A stretch of DNA of 64,000 nucleotides, taken from NCBI RefSeq assembly GCF_006345805.1, contig NC_043002.1:111538001-111602000 (forward strand). Direction: 5' to 3'. Origin of the DNA: Octopus sinensis. Its lineage: Eukaryota. The notes beneath the pieces are model-generated. The model was not told where the DNA came from and searched no databases. It worked only from the letters and a program-made list of their open reading frames with translations. The position numbers were made by a program, and so were the translations under genes. This document shows positions 37,353-49,490 of the stretch, in pieces; position 1 is the first letter of the stretch, and every line of letters begins with the position of its first letter.

Positions 37353-37929
37353 TATATTACTGAGTGAAAGATGGGTAAGGGAACTCTGAAAAAAGTGCTG
37401 ATGATTTCCTGCAGATATAATGAACTTTCTCATAATAAATTGAAGAATACGATCAAAGGAACAGATGCTGAAAAACACATTATCCTAAATAAAACATTTC
37501 TCTTCTCGATTTTAGTTCTGAAAATGTTTTCATATTACTATCTTTTGGCACTTATTCATTATTTGAAAGTCCATTTAAAAAAGTTCCCTGCTAACCTCCT
37601 TTTTTTTTTTTTCGTTATGGCCTACTTTTTTATTTTTTTAACAGTCTCTGTATTTTATGTTTTAAGCATTAGAGATGGATTCAGTTTCTAAGAAAAAAAG
37701 TTTGGATGGAAAATAATTAAACTCTCAGAAATATTTTAAGAAACAGATTATACAGCTGCTATAATACATACAAAAAATTCGTTGGTCTATGAAGTGGAAG
37801 TCTATATTTTACTTGCCTTTTGAACACATTTGCATCACTTTCTGAAAGTTTAAAATGCTGTTAATTAAATTTATGAAGGATGAAAATGTAATTCAAATAT
37901 AAACGATACATATATATATATATATGTAT

Positions 37930-38454
<525 letters not shown>

Positions 38455-38509
38455 TACAAAATTAGAAAATGGAGGTATATATATATGTATATATATATAT
38501 ATATGTGTG

Positions 38510-38931
38510 TGGCCGTTGCCAGTGCAGCCTCCACTGGCTTCTGTGCCGGTGGCACATAAAAAGCACCATCCGAACGTGACCGATGCCAACCCTGCCCCGA
38601 ATGGCTTCTGTGCCGGTGGCACATAAAAAGCACCATCCGAACGTGGCCGATGCCAGCACCGCCTTGACTGGCTTCTGTGCCGGTAGCACATAAAAAAGCA
38701 CCAACCGATCGTGGCCGATGCCAGACCCCTCTGGCACCTGTGCAGGTGGCACGTAAAAAGCACCCACTACACTCGCGGAGTGGTTGGCGTTAGGAAGGGC
38801 ATCCAGCTGTAGAAACACTGCCAGATCAGACTGGAGCCTGGTGCAGCCCCTGGCTCCCCAGACCCCGGTCGAACCGTCCAACCCGTACTAGCGCGGAAAA
38901 CGGACGTTAAACGATGATGATGATGATGATG
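38510..38931 (+). mobile_element. SINE-like family D with diverged VNTR units
   Basis: Four units with variable loops; bounded by (TA)n arrays. Confidence 0.85.
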
Positions 38932-39117
38932 ATATATATGTATATATATGTATATATATATATGTATAATATATATGTATATATATATATATTATATATT
39001 ATATATATGTATATATATGTATATATATATGTATATAATATATATGTATATATATGTATATATATATGTATATATATATATGTTATATATATATATATGT
39101 ATATATAATATATATAT

Positions 39118-39151
<34 letters not shown>
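38932..39151. repeat. (TA)n compound microsatellite
   Basis: Directly visible; a similar array lies at 38337-38500. Confidence 0.95.
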
Positions 39152-39152
<1 letters not shown>

Positions 39153-39479
39153 GGCTGTGTGGTTAAGATGCTTGTTTTGCGATCATGTGTTTCGGGTTTG
39201 AATAAAAGAGAATACAGGAGGATCAGTTAATTATGATTTTATTCAACATATTCCCCTCTCAGATTCACACACTTATTGCAGCGATCCTTCAGCTTTTCTA
39301 AGCCCCATAAAATAACTCGGAAGGTTGGATCTCCAGCCAGGCCTTTCGCGACTCTCTTTAAGCCAGGAACATTTTAGTAGCCCCTTGTTTATGTCCTCAC
39401 CTTCAGTAATTTCTATAAAAAAATTCAACAAATGTTGTTGGCATCCTTTTTGTCTCGGGAGAGAATGGAGTTGCGCATA

Positions 39480-40040
39480 AAATAGTCTAGTCTGGCTTTT
39501 ACATTTCATGTCCTGATACATTTCCTGCTGTGGCTGTGTAGTCCTATCCTGGACAAACACTCCCTCTGGCAGGTACCGCAAATGCAGCGAAGACTGTTCC
39601 TGGCTGGTTGTAATGCCATAGTTTCTTGTTGACGTCTTTTCTTGTCTTTCCATTTCTCCTCTCTCTCTCTCTGTCGCTCCTTTGTATTCCCTCTTTTACG
39701 GTACGTCGCCAATCTCCACGGTTGCTGGCAACTGCCTCCCAACCGCTAATATTGATGTTGCAGGCCTTCATGTCCCTTTTGCAAACATCCTTGTAACGTA
39801 AGATCGGTCTACCCACAGACCTAGTACCCCTAGCAAGCTCTCCGTAGAGTATGTCCTTGGGGATTCTGCCATCTTTCATACGGCTAACATGCCCAAGCCA
39901 TCTCATATGTCTTTGTGTGAGGAGTGCAAACATGCTTGGTATTCCTGCTTGCCTGAGGACATCTTTGTTGGGGATATGGTTCTGCCATTTGATGCGGAGG
40001 ATTTTCCGGAGGCAGCGCAGGTGAAAGATGTTTAGGCGAG
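39480..40040 (-). mobile_element. RTE-clade LINE 3' fragment
   Basis: FHLRCLRKILRIKWQ...RWLGHVSRMKDGRIPKDILYGEL..G.R..GRP.LRYKD and a C-terminal C..C.....GLHSH..C finger. Confidence 0.88.
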
Positions 40041-40256
40041 CACATAGGGAGCACCAGTTAACGCAAATACCTAAAAAGAAGCATTAAAAAAGTCTTTGTT
40101 TGGATTAAGTCAGGGATTGAACTTTGTGGTCAGAAATATGGTTGATAATGCATCTTAGTTCAGCGTAATTTTGTTACACGTGGGGTGGCTGAAAAGTTCC
40201 TGGTTTTGGGTAAAAGAAAATACAAGAAGATCAGTTAATTATGATTTTATTACAAA

Positions 40257-40654
40257 CTAGCAGTATCGCCCGGCGTTGCTCGGGTTTGTAAGGGAAATAA
40301 CTATATAAGCAATTTTAGAGATGTAAAGTATAATAGCCATCTCAATATGGCTAACCACAAAGGGGGGGATGTTACTGTAGCTTTTTACGTTCTGAGATTT
40401 AATAATAAATTTTTAGAGAGTTACTTCCCTTATATATGCCAAAAATGCATTAAAAATGTGAATAATTGATGGTAATTTTTTTTTAAAATCGTAGACTCAT
40501 CATAGACGCATGCTAATACCCAGAAGGGCTCGATATGAATCACGACTATAAGATACCCGGTTTTGGTTAAACTGCACCGCAAAATGTGGGAGTAGTTAGG
40601 AATCTAAATCGTAGGAGACAGACACTCACACAACCTCACTTTTATATATAAAGA
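40257..40654 (-). mobile_element. Non-autonomous Helitron, subfamily a
   Basis: TC start, CTAG end, subterminal hairpin; an empty-site paralog at 39221-39290 shows insertion between A and T without TSD. Confidence 0.9.
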
Positions 40655-40948
40655 TATTCCCATCTCTGATTCACATACTTATTGCAGCGGATCTGATTGT
40701 AAAAGAAAATATGGATAATAAACCACTGCACAAAATTAACTTCTGTTTGGTTAAAATAATTTGTTTTTCTCTGCTAAACAGGGAGTGCTTTGTGAAATGC
40801 CATTTGGTGAAGTGGGGTGCTGAGCTATAAAAGGTTGAGAATCACTGAGACACAGTAATATATTTCTAACTGAATGTTAGTTTCCTTGAGAAAGGCCGAA
40901 GGATATATAATTTAGGAAAATGGAAATAGGATATAGTGAGCATAATTT

Positions 40949-41375
40949 CATCATTATCATCATCATCGTTTAACGTCCATTCTCCATGGTACCATGGGTT
41001 GGACGATTCGACCGGGGATCTGGGAAGCCAGAAGGCTGCACCAGGCTCCAGTCTTATCTGGCAATGTTTCTACAGCTGGATGCCCACCCTAACGCCAACC
41101 ACTCCGTGAGTGTAGTGGGTGCTTTTTACGTGCCACCTGCACAAGTGGCAGGTGAAGCTGGCAATGGCCACGGTCGGATTGGTGCATTTTACGTGCCACT
41201 GGCCCGGAAGCCAGTCGAAGCGGCACTGGCTTCAGCCACGATTCGGATGGTGCTTTTTACGTGCCACCGGCATGGAAGCCAGTCGAGGCGGCGCTGGCAT
41301 CGGCCACGATTCGGATAGTGCTTTTTACGTACCACCAATCCAGGGTTCCTGGCATCTGCCGGGTGCCAGTCATAG
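40949..41375 (-). mobile_element. SINE-like family D
   Basis: Family match with four VNTR units. Confidence 0.8.
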
Positions 41376-41499
41376 GATTGGTTCAATTTTGATTCCGATT
41401 CCGATTTCGATTTTGAAATTTAAATGTGTATATTTATTGACCGGGCAATAATTTTTCTGGTAAAGGCATAATTCTAGTTAATCAAACAGCACAGTATAC

Positions 41500-41706
41500 T
41501 ATTTACTCTTTTACTTGTCTCAGTCATTTGACTGCGGCCATGCTGGAGCACCGCCTCTAGTCGAGCAAATCGACCCCAGGACTTATTCTTTGTAAGCCCA
41601 GTACTTATTCTATCGGTCTCTTTTGCCGAACCGCTAAGTAACGGGGACGTAAACACACCAGCATCGGTTGTCAAGCAATGCTAGGGGGACAAACACAGAC
41701 ACACAA

Positions 41707-41737
<31 letters not shown>

Positions 41738-41878
41738 CATATATACGACAGGCTTCTTTCAGTTTCCGTCTACCAAATCCACTCACAAGGCATTGGTCGG
41801 CCCGGGGCTATAGCAGAAGACACTTGTCCAAGATGCCACGCAGTGGGACTGAACCCGGAACCATGTGGTTGGTTAGCA
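41500..41878 (-). mobile_element. SINE family B
   Basis: Family match. Confidence 0.85.
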
Positions 41879-42135
41879 CATGGTAGTGAATATCAGAGGT
41901 ATTAGTAAAATACATGAATTAAGCAGGCTTCAATGGGGAATAAAAAACGAGTCCTGCTCATGGTTCAGTTTCACTTTTGTTCTATGCATTAACGTGTGTT
42001 AAAGTCGGAGAAAGGTTAAATAAGACTTAGAATATGTATATGAATTGATTGGACGACCACTTTGTGGGAAAGCATAGTGTTAGTTGATCAAACAGTGCAG
42101 GATTTAATCTTATGTATTCCTTTCTTTATTTCTAA

Positions 42136-42535
42136 CTAGCAGTATTGCCCGGCGTTGCTCGGGTTTGTAAGGGAAATAACTATATAAGCATTTTTAGAGA
42201 TGTAAAGTATAATAGCCATCTCAATATGGCTAACCACAAAGGGGGGGGGGTTGTTACTGTAGCTTTTTACGTTCTGAGATTTAATAATAAATTTTTAGAG
42301 AGTTACTTCCCTTATATATGCCAAAAATGCATTAAAAATGGGAAAAATTGATTGTAAATCTTTTTAAAAATCGTAGACTCATCATAGACGCGCGCTAATA
42401 CCCAGAAGGGCTCGATATGAATCACGACTATAAGATACCCGGTTTTGGTTAAACTGCACCGCAAAATGTGGGAGTAGTTAGGAATCTAAATCGTAGGAGA
42501 CAGACACCACACAACCTCACTTTTATATATAAAGA
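42136..42535 (-). mobile_element. Non-autonomous Helitron, subfamily a
   Basis: A|TC...CTAG|T termini; near-identical to the 40257 copy. Confidence 0.88.
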
Positions 42536-42678
42536 TTTCAGAAAAGCAAGAAAATGTTTCCGATACGACTTACGAGATTTATGATATCTAAAAATTAATT
42601 TAGTAAAAGAGTAATAAATGTTTTACTGGTGAGATATAGAGTCACGTGAACATTACGGACCGTCGTAATTCGTACTTT

Positions 42679-43074
42679 GGATATTTTCGGTTTGAACTGC
42701 AGTTTTTAATATAATTTCTAGGTAACTAAAAAATTTTTAACTTCTTATACTGGTGGAATGTGTTATAAAACATCTTTTTCTCTTGGCTTTATTGAGAAAA
42801 TTCTATAGTTTGTAAGATATTTGTTGGTTTTTTTTTCTGCAATTTCAACCAATCACTGACGTCTATTGAGGTAAACAACATTCTGTGCCGTATGAATATG
42901 TCCCTCGTTTAAGAAACAGACTGGGTTTATTTACATTGCTGAAGAAAAAAAGATACCCCCCCCTAACCCTAAAATAGATTGAAATGCAATAAGATCGATA
43001 CTAGGGTCATAATTATGGGTGACAATTTCATATGACACCACTAGAAAAAACTGCCGTTCAAACCGAAAATATCC
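42679..43074. mobile_element. MITE with 29-bp TIRs
   Basis: GGATATTTTCGGTTTGAACTGCAGTTTTT (42679-42707) vs AAAAACTGCCGTTCAAACCGAAAATATCC (43046-43074), 1 mismatch. Confidence 0.8.
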
Positions 43075-43330
43075 TGTAATTTTCATTCACGTTTATTATC
43101 AAATCAACACAATTATAGATTACACTTAGGATAATATCATTTTTAAAAAAATAGAAATATTAAAATTCTCAGATTGAAAGGATTAAATAAAACAACTACT
43201 ACGAAATAAAATAAAAGATATTACAAAATATGGAAGAACTAATTAAATACAGCTATATAAGTGTAAGTATAAATCAGTCACTATACTAAATAGAAATAGG
43301 TATAATATTTCTAAGCTAGGGTAAAAAATT

Positions 43331-43520
43331 ATCGCTTCTCGGCCTTTTGGCTAAGATCAAAGTGTAGTATCTGTTCTTATCAGCTTAATATCTGATACGG
43401 TCCCTATTTGGGACCATCGATATTAAACTGATATTTAGAACGAGGCGAAGAGTTAGGGGCTTGCTCCGCCTTTGCCACGGGTTGGCCTGGTATAGCAGTA
43501 CTTCCAGGATTCAGCCCATC
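43331..43520 (+). ncRNA. U2: U2 snRNA gene or variant, full length
   Basis: ATCGCTTCTCGGCCTTTTGGCTAAGATCAAAGTGTAGTATCTGTTCTTATCAG 5' end; branch-recognition GTAGTA at 43364-43369; stems IIa, IIb, III and IV can all pair. The Sm site reads ATATTTAG, so functionality is uncertain. Confidence 0.93.
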
Positions 43521-43848
43521 TCCCACCCGGGAGATATAAACAAATTAAAAACAGACTTAATATCCTGACATCCCTTCTACCACCTTCCAGGAAGGGATCA
43601 GACCTGCATTCTATGATGTCCGCTGCCGTTATTTTTATTTAATCTTAGATGTAATTACATACATCCACATCTTCTGCTGTCCACCCATCGTTTGCCTTGT
43701 TTTCCTCATACAAATAATATCCTGGAAGCTTTTCGTCTTCCGTTTTTAATACAAGGCTTGTGGTTTTGACTGCTATTTCTAATCACTCCAGTCTGTCATA
43801 GTAAGTATAAATTGCAAAGCAACAGTTAGTTACTGCAAGATAGAAAGC

Positions 43849-43999
43849 CATCGTAGACGCGCGCTAATACCCAGAAGGGCTCGATATGAATCACGACTAT
43901 AAGATACCCGGTTTTGGTTAAACTGCATCGCAAAATGTGGGAGTAGTTAGGAATCTAAATCGGAGTAGACAGACACACAACCTTTCTTTTATATATAAA
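43849..43999 (-). mobile_element. Helitron 5' fragment (3'-truncated)
   Basis: Matches the first ~150 bp of the family; the terminal TC itself is missing. Confidence 0.8.
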
Positions 44000-44000
44000 T

Positions 44001-44690
44001 ATTTTCGTCCTAAAAAACTTTGTATGGATTGAATGGTTACCTCTATGGAAATATATACACGCACATTATACATACATGTGTGTATAGATGAATATATAAA
44101 TACATTTAAATATCTATATACACTTTTGGGCGATCTTTCTGTTTCTTAGAGATAACTTTAGATCTTATTTTCGTCCTAAAAAACTTTGTATGGAGTGAAT
44201 GGTTACCTCTATGGAAATATATACACACACGTTATACATACATGTGTGCATAGATGAATATATAAATACATTTATATATCTATATACACTTTTGGGCGAT
44301 CTTTGTGCTACTTAGAGATAACTTTAGATCTTATTTTCGTCCTAAAAAACTTTGTGCGGAGTGAATGGTTACGTCTATGGAAATATATACACACACATTA
44401 TACATACATCTGTGTATAGATGAATATATAAATACATTTAAATATCTATATACACTTTTGGGCGATCTTTCTGCTACTTGGATATACTTTAGATCTTATA
44501 TTCGTCCTAAATAACTTTGTATGGAGTGAAAGGTTACCTCTATGGAAATATATACACACACATTATACATACATCTGTGTATAGATGAATATATAAATAC
44601 ATTTAAATATCTATATACACTTTTGGGTGATCTTTCTGCTACTTGGATATACTTTAGATCTTATATTCGTCCTAAAAAACTTTGTATGAA
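44001..44690. repeat. Tandem satellite, 165-166 bp unit, about 4.2 copies
   Basis: Unit starts (at[t/a]ttcgtcctaaa) at 44001, 44167, 44333, 44498 and 44663. Confidence 0.92.
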
Positions 44691-44887
44691 TTGAAATTTT
44701 TAAGAAATTTTACATGTTTACATACATGTGTGAAATGGCAAATGTTTGTGCAGTTGTCCGAAATGGAACCAGGGTAAATGTGTGGAACTGATGTATTATA
44801 ATGAATAGTCCTTCTTGTTGTGAATATTAATTTGATTAACATGAACTGAAAACCAGTGGTGTAGCATAAAAGACCATAGGTGATCTT

Positions 44888-45014
44888 CTAGCAAAAAGGA
44901 TGACCAGTCTGACTGGCTCATCCCTGTCACACACTCACACACACGCACACACACACACACACACACACACGCACCCTCACACACACACACACGCACACAC
45001 ACACATACTCACAC

Positions 45015-45053
<39 letters not shown>

Positions 45054-45682
45054 AGCTTACAATTTTATTTATATATTTGCGTGTCTATGTGTGTAAAGAG
45101 GAAGTGGGAGTAATATGCAGAGTGAAAGAGTGAAATGGTAAAATATTTAGTTTTCTCGAATTTTTTCTGAAATGGGGGTGAAATTGAAAGAAATTTTGTA
45201 TGCCATGACCGAATGGAAGTACTTTGAAAAATCATAGGTAAACTCTAATTGAAGAAATTGTGTGAGGAGTAAATCGTTATGTATTTATTTGTTTCTGTTT
45301 GCTGTGTTTTTTTTTTTTGAGTAGTGGTTTAAGGTACACTTCTCTCGTTTTATATAAATACTTTCACTTTAATCGTTGCACACTTGCAAAGAGAAAGGAG
45401 GAGAAATTAGGGTGATAGCATGAGTGAAGCATTTCGCTCCGTTTGTGTGTGTGTGTGTGCTGTAGCCCACACTAAGAAAAGCACTTCACTTACACACCAC
45501 AATGTGAGTTTTCTCGAAATTTTGCTTAATTGGGGGTGAAATTTGAAAAACTGTACCTGGCACGACCCGATGTATTTTACTCTTAAAAATGCTAGGTAAA
45601 TTGTAATTGAAGAAATCCTATATTGTAGATTTCTATAAGAGACAAAGGGAGGCAGATAAAATCTGCCTTTTATAATAAGAGA
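44888..45682 (-). mobile_element. Candidate second Helitron-like family
   Basis: Minus strand starts A|TCTCTTATTATAAAAG; strong hairpin at 44898-44923 lies 6 nt before CTAG; the 3' flank base is A rather than T; single copy here. Confidence 0.45.
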
Positions 45683-45980
45683 TGCATGTATGTATGTCTT
45701 TGTGTACGCGTTTGTCTCTCACTACTGCTTGATAACCGGTGTTGGTGTGTTTACGTCCCTGTAACTTAGCGGTTCGCCCAAAAGGACCAATAGACTAAGT
45801 ACCAAGCTTTACAAAAAATAAGTACTGGGGTTAATAAGTTCCGATTAAAAATTTCTCCTACCTTTTATTTTTTTTACTTGACTCAATGCTGTAGTCAGAC
45901 ATGTTGAAAATGTGGTCTCTCAAAGAGATTGCTGATTGGCCCTAAACGCGGACATAGACGAAATGATTCATTAGGAATAC

Positions 45981-46213
45981 TTATTTCTTTATTACCCACA
46001 AGGGGCTAAACACAGAGGGGACAAACAAGGACAGACAAAGGGATTAAGTCGATTATATCGACCCCAGTGCGTAACTGGTACTTAATTTATCGACCCCGAA
46101 AGGATGAAAGGCAAAGTCGACCTCGGTGGAATTTGAACTCAGAACGTAACGGCAGACGAAATACCGCTAAGCATTTCGCCCGGCGTGCTAACATTTCTGC
46201 CAGCTCGCTGGCT
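45981..46213 (-). mobile_element. SINE family C
   Basis: TSD TTAGGAATAC at 45971-45980 and 46214-46223. Confidence 0.88.
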
Positions 46214-46678
46214 TTAGGAATACCATTAGCTGTGTGTAGTAGCAGTAGTCCCTTTTTCTTCTTTTCTTTTTCTCTATCTAGCTTGCTGTCTCTCTCGCTT
46301 TCTATATACGTGTTGCCCTTTACCTTGAGTGGATCGCAATTTTTCATACTTGTCCCTTCTTTCTCATAATCTGTCTGTCGGCGACCCTCGCTCTTGCGTA
46401 ACGTGTTTTTTCAAACATTTTATCCTTTTACACGATCATCGCTACTGCTTACAAATTTTGATATAATTCACCAATACAGTTTAATCCTCCTTCCCATTCT
46501 TTCTCCCTATTTTCATGAAATCTGTATGGAAAACACATAGCAACGAAGAATATATTTAAGAATAATGGTTATAGTGCAGTTCTTCTTATTTTTTGAATGG
46601 ATTTTCAAAAGAAGGAGGAAAAAAAAATTCAGCGCATTAAAGATTTGCAAGTGAGTAGAATCAAAGTTGGACAGAATA

Positions 46679-47077
46679 TCTTTATATATAAAAGTGAGGT
46701 TGTGTGCTGTCTGTCTCCTACGATTTACATTCCTAACTACTCCCACATTTTGCGGTGCAGTGTAACTAAAAGCGGGTATCTTATAGTCGTGATTCATATC
46801 GAGCCTTTCTGGGTATTAGCGCGCGTCTACGATGAGTCTACGATTAAAAAAAAAAATTACCATCATTTTTTCCCATTTTAATAATTTTTTTTGCTATTAT
46901 ATAAGGGAAGTAACTCTCTAAAAATGTATTATTAAATCTCAGAACGTAAAAAGTTACAGTAACCCCCCCCCCTTTGTGGTTAGCCATATTGAGATGGCTA
47001 TTATACTTTACATCTCTAAAAATGCTTATATAGTTATTTCCCTTACAAACCCGAGCAACACCGGGCGATATTGCTAG
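46679..47077 (+). mobile_element. Non-autonomous Helitron, subfamily a
   Basis: A|TCTTTATATATAAAAG ... CCCGAGCAACACCGGGCGATATTGCTAG|T. Confidence 0.88.
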
Positions 47078-47572
47078 TTCAAAATATAAACAAAAAACAT
47101 AGTAAATTTATATCTGCTTAAAAAAAAAAAGATTCGGAATTTACTGAACCTGGCGAAACCGGTGTACACCGGACTACTTATGTCAATATTCGTCGGCTTT
47201 GTAGAAGTTCTGTTCTTAAGTAATTTGTTGAGTGTTTGGATGAAATTTACTTTTGACAAATGAAAAATTTTCTTGTCCAGAAGTATCTGACGTTGTATAG
47301 ATTTGTAAATTCATGATTATTTTCTTTATAGATTTCTTTTTTCTTGTTTAAATAATTTGAATACTAGTTTACAAAGATCTGGCAAAGCACAAATGGTTTT
47401 TCAAATAGATGTGACATTCAAATATTCCCTTAACAACACCTACACACGCACGTACGCACACACATACATGCATACACGCACGCACACACATACATGCATA
47501 CACGCTTTCATATTCGCGAGAAAACCGACATTCAATGTGTTCAACTACTGAACAAGTAGTTATGTCCCTTGG

Positions 47573-47797
47573 CGAGCTGGGCGAAACGTTAGCACGCCGG
47601 GCGAAATGCGTAGCCGGATTTCGTCTGCCGTTACGTTCCGAGTTCAAATTCCGCCGAGGTCGACTTTGCCTTTCATCCTTTCGGGGTCGATAAATTAAGT
47701 ACCAGTTTCGCACTGGGGTCGATGTATTCGACTTAATCCTCTGTCTGTCCTTGTTTGTCCCCTCTGTGTTTAGCCCCTTGTGGGTAGTAAAGAAATA
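47573..47797 (+). mobile_element. SINE family C
   Basis: TSD TATGTCCCTTGG at 47561-47572 and 47798-47809. Confidence 0.9.
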
Positions 47798-48099
47798 TAT
47801 GTCCCTTGGAAAAACTGCAAAAGTCACCGAGTGTCTCGACAAAGTAACTTTAGTTGGCTTGAATTTGGAAATGCTTTTTGTGGATTGATTTGGATAACTT
47901 TCAGATGCAACTGACTGATTCAGATGCAGCTCAATTTGGGGAAATAGTTTTAAGATTTGAAGAACTAAATAAGAACCCGTTGAAATAAGTGAATGAGAGG
48001 AATAATGCAGAAAAGGAAGAAAACGAAGTTCTGACAGTCTGAAATTTCATCTCTGAAACGTTTAGCTGTCTAAAAAAAAAATGGCACATTAGTAATATT

Positions 48100-48330
48100 T
48101 CTTTCTTTACTACCCACAAGGGGCTAAACACAGAAGGGACAAACAAGGACAGACAGAGGGATTAAGTCGATTACATCGACCCCAGTGCGTGACTGGTACT
48201 TAATTTATCGACCCCGAAAGGATGAAAGGCAAAGTCGACCTCGGCAGAATTTGAACTCAGAACGTAACGACAGACGAAATACGGCTACACATTTCGCCCG
48301 GCGTGCTAACGTTTCTGCCAGCTCGCCGCC
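48100..48330 (-). mobile_element. SINE family C
   Basis: TSD TTAGTAATATT at 48089-48099 and 48331-48341. Confidence 0.9.
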
Positions 48331-48474
48331 TTAGTAATATTGGTTTCAAGGTGAGCAAGTTCGCGAAGAGGACAGACCAAATTGACCCCAGTTCGCCACC
48401 TTCTGCCGCAGTAGCAATATTATCATTATTTTTCTCAACATACTCATGTGAATCATTGCTTTCAAATCACTGAG

Positions 48475-48642
48475 GCGTAGGAGTGGCTGTGTGGTAAGTA
48501 GCTTGCTTACGAACCACATGGTTCCGGGTTCAGTACCATTGCGTGGCACCTTGGACAAGTGTCTTCTACTATAGCCTCGGGCCGACCAAAGCCTTGTGGG
48601 TGGAGTTGGTAGACAGAAACTGAAAGAAGTCCATCGTATATA

Positions 48643-48688
<46 letters not shown>

Positions 48689-48774
48689 ATATATATATAA
48701 TTTCAACAATTGAGGGTAAAATTAATTAATTAATCAATTTCACCAAATATATATATATATATAATATATATATA

Positions 48775-48807
<33 letters not shown>

Positions 48808-49110
48808 ATTTCAACAATTGAGGGTAAAATTAATTAATTAATCAATTTCACCAAATATATATATATATATAGATATATATATATGTATGTATGTGTGTGT
48901 GTGTGTGTGTGTGTGTTTGTCTCCTCCTCCCAACATCGCTTGACAATAAATGCTGGTGTGTTTACATCCCCGTAACTTAGCGGTTCGGCAAAAGAGACCG
49001 ATAGAATGAGTACTAGGCCTACAAAAGAATAAGTCCCGGGGTCGATTTGCTCGACTAAAGGTGGTGCTCCAGCATGGCCACAGTCAAATGAGTGAAACAA
49101 AGTAAAAGAG
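48475..49110 (+). mobile_element. SINE family B with expanded core
   Basis: Central (TA)n carries a duplicated 48-bp insert. Confidence 0.85.
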
Positions 49111-49293
49111 TAAAGAGAAAGAGAGGGAAACCAGGGTTTTACATACGTTGCTTTCAAGACCCTGATATAACGAACCTGCCCTCGGTGGCGCAACAACGTT
49201 TCACTGAGAGTAAAATAGATTGATTGATTAATCAAATAATCGATTTGTTAATTGGTTAAATAGCCAACCACTTGACGACTAATAAAGAAGTGG

Positions 49294-49490
49294 TGGAGGT
49301 GCAATGGCCCAGTGGTTAGGGCAGCGGGCTCGCGGTCGTAGGATCGCGGTTTCGATTCCCAGACAGGGCGTTGTGAGTGTTTATTGAGCGAAAACACCCA
49401 AAAGCTCTTACACGTTAATTTCATGAGCAGGCTGTTCCGTTGATTCGGATCAACCGGAACCCTCATCGTCGTAACCGACGGAGTGCTTTC
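49294..49490 (+). mobile_element. SINE family A, internally deleted
   Basis: Junction aaagctc|ttacacg removes the central part; shares its 3' flank with the 57135 copy. Confidence 0.82.

Noticed and set aside
43270-43330. U2 proximal sequence element (TCACT at about -53)
   Set aside because: The position is plausible, but the match is too short and I do not know the cephalopod PSE consensus; it needs alignment of snRNA upstream regions.
43331-43520. U2-targeting retroelement (Utopia or Keno type) or processed U2 retrocopy
   Set aside because: The U2 sequence is uninterrupted, and there is no poly-A tail or convincing TSD.
47159-47172. 14-bp perfect palindrome CCGGTGTACACCGG
   Set aside because: A few palindromes of this size are expected by chance in 64 kb; no supporting context.
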